From Eukaryota sp. TZLM1-RC (lineage: Eukaryota > Protista > Metamonada: BaSk clade): a stretch of DNA of 64,000 bases. The stretch spans positions 868,001 to 932,000 of the forward strand of contig JAUPSS010000009.1 in assembly GCA_040285825.1 (NCBI GenBank). Reading direction: 5' to 3'. Below the pieces are notes generated by a model. It was not told the origin of the DNA, did no database searches, and worked only from the letters and a program-made list of their open reading frames with translations. The first letter of the stretch is position 1, and each line of letters starts with the position of its first letter. A program made the translations under genes and the position numbers. This document shows, one piece after another, positions 35,826 through 47,047 of this stretch.

Positions 35826-37880
35826 AGGAAAAGAGTAAGAGTTGTGTAAGAGGAAGTGAGTTTGAATACCTGTTTTTGTTACTAAATTACCCTAGCTTAC
35901 TTCAATTCAATGAATCAACCCACAGGTGAATAAACCCCTTCTTTGGTGTTGTATTGATCATGTAAAATAAAAAGTGTCATTTTGGAAGGGTTTAGTTTGG
36001 CTCCTTTGTTAGTTGATTTGCAGAACAGTAAGCAATCAAATTAAATTAAACTTGACGTTTTGATGGTTAATGAAGCTTTGACTTCAGCAAACGTCCTGTT
36101 TCTCCGAAAAGGTATGGTACCGATGATACGTTGCTGCGGGCAACCATTTCCAGATTCTAAAAGAGAAAAAGGAAACCAATCACCATGTGACATTGTTTAT
36201 CAGCTTGCAAAAATCTGTATTTGAAAATTCAGTAACGACTGTTGAAAGAAGCTTTTGAAAAGAAATATGGTGGTTTTCATCAATATGTTTGCAATTGAAG
36301 TTAGAATGTGTAACAACAAAAGGAGTCAATATTTGAGTAGTAGATAGTTGTGGTAATTCAATAATTGATAATATAATTAAATGGGTAGTTTCCCCAATGT
36401 ATCAATGTATCATTTGTCATTTTTTAACAAAGATGGTTCTTTTTGAAGATGAAAGGTACTCTATTTGAATTTTTGAAGGTGATTAGTATTGAGTAGTTCG
36501 ATCTTACTGCTGCTGATGTGTAGTCATCAACCTCTCCATTTAAAGTAAGTTACAGCAGGTCAGTTTGATTTTGTTACCAGATTGGAGAATCCGATAACAA
36601 GAATTCTTGAATTGATTCATTTACTAACAGTTGACTTTACACCATACCTTCAAATTTCAAGAATTCCGTCCAAGATGTCTAATTCGGTGCAATTACAATA
36701 ACTATTGAATGTTTTGCCAAAAGCTTAATCAATTGCAATAATTCCAACATTGTAATTGCAATTCTGAAATTCAGAAATATGTTTGACTAAAAGTACTAAA
36801 CAGTAATTGAACTTTAACGGTTGAGGAAAGTTTTGAAACATCCTATTAATCTTTAGTTTACTTCAACATTTCGAATCCATTTCCAATTAGAATAACAAAA
36901 ACTATAGTAAAATACAACCACATCAGCTGTAGCAGGAGCTTTTATGTAATGGAGACATTAAATGGAGACATAATTCAATTGTCAATATAGTTGTTAATAC
37001 CATAAATAATTCCTGCATTATTACGCTGTTTCCTGTTATTGACCCCAGATATCAAGTACATAATTATGAAAACTTTGCTTTGGTTGTGACTGAATTGCAA
37101 CACTGTCGTTTTTTTTTCACAAAAAATACATGTTTAAGTAAACAGCAGAGAAGGAGCAGTTTATAGGTAGGTCAGGTGTAGTAAAAGACATATAATGTGA
37201 TAATTTTGCATGTAGTGTTTGGGATTAAGAAGTGTTCAACACCGTGTTCTCCTTTCAAATGATGTTGTTTTCAGCAGCGCCTTTGTTTGAAGAACACTGT
37301 TACAAATATTGTAAATTCGAACATAGCTTGCATCATTGTTTATCACTTTAGATTGAATGCTCGAACCAATTCTTATTGGAGATACTGACACAATTGCTTA
37401 TGTTGCATCATTTACGCAAAAAATTCGCATTGTGAACCCATCTATGAAAGATCAACTTGTGATCAAACTTTGTGTGAAATTGTGTGTGAGTAATGTTGGC
37501 TATGTGTTACTTGATCAGTACAAACTCATGATTACATTTTCAATTGATTTTGTATATATCTGAATTAATTGAGTTTATTAATTTTTAAACATTAAATTGT
37601 AAAAAAAATAAAAAATCAAAAACTATACAATTGAATGTTGTAAACTAATAAAACAAATGCTGTAGGTGAAAGAGTATCGTTTTTGATACGATTTACAGAG
37701 GCTCATATCAAGTTCCTAGTTTCGTATATTGACCAATGGTTGTTTATTACAATCGTTGGTCAAATCTTTAAAGTCCATTTTGGGACAATTAATATAACAA
37801 TTGTGGTGTTAAAGTCTGTGCTATGGTCATTTGAGTAGTCATTGGTATGATTGGTTGAATGGTCATTGGTATGATTAGGT

Positions 37881-40800
37881 CTTTATTGAATTTCTAAAAG
37901 AAAAAGAACGAAACAACTATAAAAGTAAATAAAAAAAACATAAACTACCAAAACCTACGAGCTTCATGAATTCTTTGAAGAATAGAATTAAATGCTTGAT
38001 TACATCTAAAACTATTTTTTCTGAATTATACAACTAATTTCACTGCAAAGCTCAATCCAACCAAAACGTTTAAATGTTTCTTTAGTTTTCTTGTACCAAT
38101 CCCCATGGACATTAAAAACTAAAGGAACAATTTCTGAAATTAAATTGTATTCTTTTAGAATACTGTGTTTCCTTATTTTAGTAGCAAAGGCTTGAGAGTA
38201 AGCATCTTGCCATTTATTTCCAAAACCAAGGAAAGTATGCTATCAATATTATTTGGGAATTTTTTGGTTCTTTTTGTCCTCCTTTTGAACAAAATTTCGT
38301 TAATATTTCCGAAGATTTAACCAATATAGCACCGAGAAATCAGTCATCCGAGAAATTAAGTAAAATTTTTGAAGACAAATGCTTTGACAACAAATGGTCC
38401 AAGGCTTTGTCAGCTTTAAGTCCCGGAGTCAAAGCACCGAACAATGAAAATACAGTAGATAAACTGAAAAAACTTCATCCTTATGAAGACCCTGTTATGG
38501 ATCAAAATTTTTACGGCACATACTGGGAAAATTATCCATTGATGCCATCAGAAGTTTTTTTCGGTTATCAAAAAGAGACCTCGTGGTAAGTCTGCCGGAC
38601 TTTCTGGTATTACTATTGATCATGTAAAAGCCGCGATTATTTCTTCAGAAGATTGCCTTGGTTTATTGACCAAATTTTTCAACCAAATATTATCTGGTCA
38701 ACGCAAGTACCCAGAAGAATTAAGAAGTTCTCGTTTGACTGCACTTGTCAAAAATTCAAAAATGGATGTTCGTCCTATTGCAGTCTCTGAGAGCTTACAT
38801 AATATTTTTTTCTGCGTGTTGCTTAAGCAGGTTCAATGAAAAAGCTAAAAGATTTTATTACCCTTTCAATATGGTATAAATACTACAGATGGAGTCTCTT
38901 CAGCGATTTTTGCTACTGATGTCTTATTTCGTCAAAATGAATCCAATGTTTGTATGTCATTGGATTTTTAGTAATGCTTTCAATTCGCTAAGTCGTCGCA
39001 GTATCCATGGTGCTCTATTGCAATATATGCCAGAATTAATACCATATTTTCAATCAACATATTGCACATATTCTAATTTACATTTTGGTAACAACATTTT
39101 GATTTCATCAAGTGGCGTAAAAGCAAGGAGATCCGTTAGGACCTCTTTTGTTTTGTTTGGCCATTCATCCTATTCTACTGCAAATTCAAGAGATGTTTCC
39201 TTCACTAAAAATGATTGCATATATGGATGATGTTGTGCTTATTGGTGAATTAAATATTGTGAAAAAAAGCAACTGTATGTTTTAAAGAATTATTTACCAA
39301 AATTGGTCTCCGACTTAATTTACTTAAATGTGTTTTGTTATCGAATTCTCCAGTTTCCACAATAATTGATGATATTGAAATTCAAGCCAAATTATATTCA
39401 ATTGATGCTATTCGTCATTTGGGTTCTTTTTTTAGGAAATAATGATGAAATTACCAAAAAAATTGTTTGAAAAGTTGAACTCAATTTCTGACAAAATTGA
39501 CCGAATGATGAATTTAGATATAAAAAAACACATCAAATTTACCATTATAAGACTGTGTTTTTAGTTCCAATTTTAATCATATATTTCGATCTACAAATCC
39601 TCTCGTCACTAGACCTTTGGCTCAAAAGTTTAATGAGTTACGTGCAAAAAGTTCTGTCTCAATTACTGGGATGTAAAATGTTTCAAATTCCAGATCATGC
39701 TTACCTTAGTCCACAATATGGTGGTTTAGGGTGGACGAAGGCTTCTATTCTTACCTCGTGTGCTTTTTGTTGGTGGATGCAGAAATGCAATCTTTGAGTT
39801 CTCCGAAAGATTTGCAGATTGGGAAGATTTATTGATGACAACGCAAAAGTTCCACTGTTTTTGCATTAGATGAAGAAATTTCAAGAATTGACGTGAAAAA
39901 TGGGGTCGATGTTTTCCCCAATCATTCAATGGCAATATTCCAGAAAAAATGTTTTAAATTTGAAGTACACTCTTCGAACATTACAGAAAAAGATTGACTG
40001 GAATGTATGAAAAAGATCTTTATAATAATATTTGCAGCTCGGCTGTTTTTAAATCAAGATCTTCACTCATTGTTATTGGAAAAGGGTGTTTGTGAAAACA
40101 AGGTGTCAGATTCTTCACCTTTTGTAACCATTGTACCACGAAGATTTGGATTGTGTGCTACTAATGAAGCATTTGTAACAAAAATGAGATTATATTTGAA
40201 CATCCCCATTAACCAATTATTATCAAAAGAAAAATGTATTTGTTCGAATTCACCTCAACTCACTTTGCGCCATGCTCTAAATTGCTCTAAATTGATAACT
40301 TATCGTTCTTCATTACATGATGCTGTTAGAGACACTGTTTTCAATATGGCACAAACTGCAAGGATATCGTGTATCAAAGAGCCCCTGCTGAAAGAAACAC
40401 TTTCTCTGAATAATTTTAGTTCTGATGATAGAGGTGATGTATACTGTGATTGGATTGATAATTCTGAAGCTATTGTTGACTTTGTCTCATGTAATGTTGC
40501 AAACGATACTTTGGTTCACAGAAGAAATCTTAATCCTGTGGCTGCTCTGGATTTTAAAGCAAAAGAAAAACATAGAAAATATGATAAAGAAATTGAAGAT
40601 GCAAATATCGATAGAAATACACAGCTGGTTTTTATTGCTTTTCCATTTTCGATAAATGGAAGATTATCAGTTGAAGCAGAAACTTTTTGGATGACTTCCA
40701 AAAAAATGGTGAAAGAAAAAACAATGAAAAGATTTGATATTTTTTTATGGCGTTCACGGATTCAATTTGCCATTATTAATAGATTACCGCGGTTTTTCAA

Positions 40801-43800
40801 TCGAATTAGAGAAGCTTTAGCTAGACAGCAAGCAAATCAAGATTTTGTAGAGGAAATCTTGGTTTAATGATAGTCGTCCCATTAGTTATGATTTAATTTA
40901 ATCAAGTGTGCAAATTCAATAAATTAATATATATTTCCAAAACCACCAACTATTGTAATATCAAACGCAATTTTGGTTTTGGGATCAAATAAATCTAAAT
41001 AAATTTTTTTTAAACCAATTTCAAATTCCTTTTCCTTTTCATATTTGGAGATATTTAATAAATAATCTCTAACTTCATCATGTCTGTTTTTAATGCATCG
41101 TGAAACACCTTTACATTGAAAACTATGGTCTAAACCGAGATTTGTGTAACCACATCTGGGACACTGATGATAAAAATTATTAAAAATTAATCGAAGATTC
41201 AGAAAATAAGACATGAATTCATCAGAAAAAGTGAAATTTGCATTAAAAGGTAATGCATTCAAAAAACTACCTGAAAGTTCAGAACAATTAGCTTCTAATT
41301 GTAATTTTTCCATATCAGACATTGTTTTTTGAAGAGAATTCATTTCATTTTTATAAAATTCCTTTGTTAATTTTGATTGAGAAATTATTATGTCTTTATC
41401 CCAAATAGACTCATATCCTACAAATTGTGGATTTAAAGTAGAATAGATGAGGTCCAAGTCGGAATTTGTGACAAAATTCATCAAATTCAAATCTTTGACA
41501 GAAGAATATAGTGAACATGAATAAGCAATGTTAGCTACAACAGAAAGGTCCTGAAAACCTAGTCCACCTGACTCCAAAGGAATAAAAAATAAACTTTTTA
41601 AATTTAATTTCTTGGAAATTGATAAAATTAAAAAAATTAAAAAATTCAGCTTTCCATAGATGAAAACCAAGAACTGTATTGTGAAATGGAATGGTACGAG
41701 CCCAATACATCAAAATAGAATTAATACATTACTTAAAAAGTAATAATTGATTCTGAATTGGTAGTTCCTTTAGTAAATTTAATTTGGGGATAAGTTCATT
41801 CCTTGTTTTATCATCAAGGAACTGACTTTCATATTCATTTGTACCAATAGGACTACCTAAACACATGAAATCCTCATTATTTTGAAAAATCTTTGTTTTT
41901 GCTAAATTTAAACTTAATCCAATTTTTGAATAATGATTAGATAATTCAACCAACAATTGATCACTATCAATTGATTCATCCAGTAAAATATAAGTATCAT
42001 CTAAATAAGATAATACTGACACACCTTCAATATCACTTAGTAATTTAAGAATTTTAGAAGTTCCCAAACTATATAAAAATGGAGAAATTGGATCTCCTTG
42101 TTTGACTCCAGTCGAAGAAAACACAACATTATCTTCAAAAAATAACTTGGTTTGCCATAGGACCAAGTATAAAAATTAATTAATTGTGGATAATTTTGAA
42201 TTAAATTATGATAGATATGATTTCTACTAATACAATTAAATGCATTAAAAATATCTAAACAAATTACCCTATCATATTTTTGGTGCAGTTTTTTCAATCT
42301 TAATGAATGGATAATTTTCTCTGTACCACTCTTAACCTTTACACCAAATTGACCCAAACTTACAAGTTGAGATGGATCTAAATCAACAGTTAAATATTTT
42401 GATGCGATTCTATAAACAATCTCTGAAATTGCAATCGGACGAACACCATTATTAGGTTTGGTAAGCACAATTAATTTGGAACTTAATAAAATAAATGATA
42501 AAGTATCATCTAAACTTCCATTGATTATGTTTTCAATTAAATAAACTAAAACTTCAGTCAACGCTTCACTGAAGATAGTGGGAAGATGAGTTAAATTGAA
42601 TCCCGATATACCACCAGCTGTTCCTTTTTTAAAATAAAATTTTAAAATAAAATTAACCATTTAGCCTTTTCACGTACATTTAATGAAGAGCTAAGAATAA
42701 AATTTTGTACGTGAAAATAAGTTTTTTTAACAGGTTGTAAACTTAGATTAACACATGCTAAAATTTTGAAAACCTGAATAAATAAATCATCAGGTATTTC
42801 AAATAAATCAGTAAAATCATTACTGTTTGAACAATTATTTTCGAAAGTAGATAAATGTTGAAAATAACTAAAAATATCATCCTTTTGGATGTTTTTATGA
42901 ATTATGCCGAAATGTTTTGATATACCATTTTCAGCGTAAATTCTGTCACAATTATCAATTGGACATACAACAAGTGAATTTGATTGTAAAAATTCATCAT
43001 TAAAAAATTCGACTTCATGAATATTTCTATTATTTAAATGTTTTAATAATCTTTGTTGATCTTTGAAAGGGCCAGCTCCACATTGGCATTTATGAATAAA
43101 ATTATTTTCAGTGTTAAATATAACTTCTGATGAAAAAGTGGGTAAAGCAATACTTTCATCTAAAGTGTCAAATAAAGGCAAATAATTAGCACTATTGGAA
43201 TTAAGACCAGTTTTAGCCCACTGATCTGCAATTTCATTTTATTATCATTATTGTGTGCCTTTACCCAATTGAAAATAAATTGAGTATTTAGTTTCTGTAA
43301 CAGTATTTGAATCAAATTAACTTTCTTCTTAATAATATTGACTGTAGCGTTAAATTGACCAGATAACCATTTAATAACATTTTGACTATCAGTGAAAAAT
43401 TCAACTCTTTTAGGTTTGTATTTTAACTTAAGGAGAGATAATAAACCCAAAATAATAGCAGATAACTCAGCAGAGTTGATGGTAGCTTTATCTAACACTT
43501 GACCATATTGATTGAAAATTAGTTTATCCTTTATGTAAAGCTGACATGAACATCCTGCTAAACGTTTAGCGATACCATTATCATCAATAGTGGTTGCTGA
43601 ACCATCTGTATAAATAAAGATGATTGGCGGTTCTGATAAGAGAGAAGATGAGTGTTCAGAAGAGTCTTGTGAACAAGAATGTCTAGATTCGTAATGTGAA
43701 GATGATTTTTCCAAAACTGTATTTTTTGTGTTTGCAGTAGAGTGCAAATTTAAGAAAGAAGAGTTATCAGAAACACTAGTGGAAGACGTAGGGGGTAAAA

Positions 43801-44115
43801 TTGGAGGTTGAGGAGGGCGAGAAGGAAGGGAAGTAGATAAAGATCTGATGTGATTAGAGGTATTGACAAGTGGCACATCCGATATTTTCTTCTTAGGGGG
43901 ATCAAAAATACGTGCGTCAAGTGTCGATGAACGTGGCAGAGAACTTCTTCGTGGTTGACCACCTAATAAACCATTAATTAGTTTTGAGGTTGGTTTTGAG
44001 CTCGAGCAAGACATGCTACGAGTTCTTCTTGTCTCAACCATAAGAAGAAATTTAAAGCTTTGAAGTAGGTTGGAGGATGGTAGGTTATTGAATGATGATA
44101 GGGAGGAAAAAAAAA
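37881..44115 (-). mobile_element. Full-length RNase H-containing CRE-like non-LTR retrotransposon (family D, ~3.5 kb without the nested insert)
   Basis: 12-bp TSD GTATGATTAGGT at 37869-37880 and 44116-44127. Coding from ATG 44041: disordered N-terminus, RNase H (YTDGS, NSAEL, TDSQ, WVKAH, NEIADQWAK), two C2H2-like fingers, RT (VRPIAISE, LDIFNAFN, GVKQGDPISP, YLDD), CCHC knuckle (CPRC..H..C) and RLE (RHDEVRD, FDITIV), continuing at 38228 past the nested insert. Confidence 0.9.
38229..40931 (+). mobile_element. 5'-truncated family C CRE-like retrotransposon nested antisense in the family D endonuclease
   Basis: 14-bp TSD TATTTCCAAAACCA at 38215-38228 and 40932-40945; RT motifs (DVRPIAVSE, LDFSNAFNS, QGDPLGP, AYMDD); RLE (CICS..HALNC, HDAVRD, RGDV, VDF, KHRKY). 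Confidence 0.9.
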
Positions 44116-44240
44116 GTATGATTAGGTGAGTTGCATGTAGTCCTTATGTACTAGATGTGATCAACTTGTGATCAAACTTTGTGTGAAATTGTGTGTGAGT
44201 AATGTTGGCTATGTGTTACTTGATCAGTACAAACTCATGA

Positions 44241-46576
44241 TTTTTTTAAAAAAATTTAATTTTATTCTAAACCTATAAATCAACATCTAAAAAATCCATC
44301 TCTCCCAAAACAAAAACACTAGATGCAACTCTCTCATAGTGAGATCCAAGAGAAAGCAAAGCATCAGAAACCATCTTCAACATCCCCTTAAAAATAGAAA
44401 ACACAATTCTATTTTGCCAAAACAATCTGTTGAAATTTCTGCCAGTTCTTCTCTTTACAATCATTTCAAAATCATCCAAAAAACGTAAAGCAGTTGGTGC
44501 AAGTGAACCAAAAGGGAAAATACAAATGGATACAAATTGTATTTTTGCATGCTGTAGACTGGCCAATTTGGACAAAGGTTCATTGTATTTTTTGAATTTA
44601 AAATTTTCAGCATTTGAAAGGGGATTATGAATTTCAGAATTAACAAGTCTTTCATTTGAGGCATTACAAGGATCAACAGACATTACATCCAATAAAATGA
44701 AGCTTCCATCTAATCCAGGTAATATGACATCACCTCTATTATTCTGATGAAAATCATTTTCAGCATCAAACAGATTTGACAACAAAGGTTCCAAGAAGGA
44801 TTCAATTCTATGAGATTTACACATACAATATAACTGGTCTCTTACAGCATCATGAACCTTGCTTCTAAAAGTAATAAAATGTTTACAATTTAACAAATGA
44901 GTAGTTGTAATTTCTCGAGAACATTTACAAATTAAATTATGAGGTAAATTATCAGGCCAGATAAAGGAACGAAATCTCATATTCAGAGTCCAAGCAGAAT
45001 CGGATAAGAGAGTACCATAAACTTGTGGAATTGTTGTTACTAAGGCAGAAGAAGTACTGTCACACATATCTTGTAAAAGATTTGCAAAAGCGGGATTCTT
45101 TTTCTTGGCCAAGCCAAGTCTAACATCAAAATCCAAGCTTTCAAAAATCTTTGACAATTTTTGTTGAAGCTTTTTACAGCAAAACTGTAAATTAAATAGA
45201 GATCGGTTTGGAATTTCTTGAATTGATTGAGGAAAACATTTGGTCCAAATTTGTGGCGGTAATTTTTCAAGTTCACAAGATAACTCATACAAATAGGGAC
45301 TACAATTGGGGACTAACAGATGAGAATCATCAGGAAATCTACGAGAAAATTCATAAATAAAATTTTGCCACCACCCAAGAATGCTGATTGACACAAAATT
45401 GAAGATTTAGTAAAACCAATACCACCCAAATTTGCTGAAGAAAATAAATGGCTTTTCAACATTCCTGGTTCTACATCCAATAAATCAGCAAAAATTCTGT
45501 TCTCAATGAATTAAAAGATAGACAAAAATCTAATGCTATGGAAGGAGCACAAGATCTCAAAATGTGGGTTATTCTCCCAGTGTAGCAAATTTTAAGCATG
45601 AAAAATTTAATATGCTTTTCTATATCTAAAGAAGAAATTGAATCAAGTTCAATTTTCATTTTTTCCAAAATAACTTGCAATTCATTCTGAATTTGAGGCA
45701 CATTTCCTAACCAACAACCAAGGAACTTAAAAGCATCACTACTATAATTAGTAAAAGGGATAATAGAATCGTTTATCAGGAGGTCTTGAGCAGAAGAGCC
45801 AATCAGAAGGCATTTGCTGGCATTAAGATGAAGCCCAATATTTTCATATGAATCGGCAATTTCTTGAGCAACCAATTCTAGTAAATCAAATGAACCAATC
45901 AAGGATATATCATCCATATAAGCAACTATTTTTATAGAAGGGTATTTTTGCTTAATGATATTTAAAGTTTTGTGAATAGCTAAACAAAACAATAATGGGC
46001 CTAAAGGATCTCCCTGCTTCACTCCAGAAGATGATTTAAGACCAAATGAATTAAAAATTAAATCTGATTCTTTCCCATAAAAATGGTAGAAAAAACTCGA
46101 TAGCTCAGGAAAATCAGATTTAATAACTTCAAAAATTGCTTCTCGCTTTACAGAATTAAAAGCATTTTTAAAGTCGAGATTAAAAATAAAATTATTTTCC
46201 TCTGCATTAAAAAAGGTATCAGAGGCAATAGCAGCAACAGAAGCACCATCAATTGTTTTGATTCCAAATTGATGAGGATTCAAAAATGTAGAAGCTTTGT
46301 CTTTGACACGATCGAAGACAATTGATGCTAGCAAACGAGAAGGGATTCACCAACAGCAATTGGGCGTATTCCATCAGGTTTGATTCCGTTTCCAGGCTTT
46401 ACTAAAGCAATCAGACGTGCTGCGAGTAATTCAAATGGAGGATTAATTTTCAAAACAATCAATTGTTGAAAATAGTGGGCTAGATCATCAGCAATTTCGG
46501 GAGCACTGGAACACGCTATTTTTAACAGATCAAAAGAAATTCCAGATGGGCCTGCTGCTCATCTGCTCATCTGCTC
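44241..46576 (-). mobile_element. 5'-truncated family A CRE-like retrotransposon inserted in the 462-bp repeat
   Basis: TSD AACTCATGA(TT) at 44232-44240 and 46577-46585; A-tail at the left junction; RT (LDFKNAFNS, GVKQGDPLGP, YMDD) and RLE (CKC..HLLNC, HDAVRD, RGDV, LLDV, KFKKY). Confidence 0.92.
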
Positions 46577-47047
46577 AACTCATGATTACATTTTCAATTG
46601 ATTTTGTATATATTTGAATTAATCGAGTTTATTAATTTTTAAACATTAAATTGTAAAAAAAATAAAAAATCAAAAAGTATACAATTGAATGTTGTAAACT
46701 AATAAAACAAATGCTGTAAGTGTAAGAGTATCGTTTTTGATACCATTTACTGAGGCTCATATGAAGTTCCTAGTTTCGTATATTGACCAATGGTTGTTTA
46801 TTACAATCGTTGGTCAAATCTTTAAAGTCCATTTTGGGACAATTATTATAACAATTGTGGTGTTAAAGTCTGTGCTATGGTCATTTGAGTAGTCATTGGT
46901 ATGATTGGTTGAATGGTCATTGGTATGATTAGGTGAGTTGCATGTAGTCCTTATGTACTAGATGTGATCAACTTGTGATCAAACTTTGTGTGAAATTGTG
47001 TGTGAGTAATGTTGGCTATGTGTTACTTGATCAGTACAAACTCATGA

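Larger units (their letters stand above)
37450..47047. repeat. 462-bp tandem repeat (~2.2 units) interrupted by retrotransposons; pieces at 37450-37880, 44116-44240 and 46577-47047
   Basis: Near-identical copies; period 462 bp measured between ctcatga at 46579 and 47041. Removing the family D and family A insertions (one TSD copy each) restores continuous head-to-tail units. Confidence 0.9.

Noticed and set aside
35399-35849. Ala/Val-, Thr- and Pro-rich ORFs overlapping fibrillarin
   Set aside because: Alternative-frame and antisense shadows of the GC-rich RGG repeat.
46710-46760. aagtgtaagagtatcgttttt resembles the U2 snRNA branch-pairing region (the Utopia target)
   Set aside because: The conserved U2 5' stem-loop (GGCCTTTTGGCTAAGATCA) is missing, and the other unit reads aggtgaaagagtatc.
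46577-47047. Repeat unit as tRNA, 5S rRNA, hammerhead ribozyme or CRISPR array
   Set aside because: No cloverleaf or A/B boxes, no 5S similarity, no CTGATGA core paired with GAAA, and no short-repeat/unique-spacer structure.
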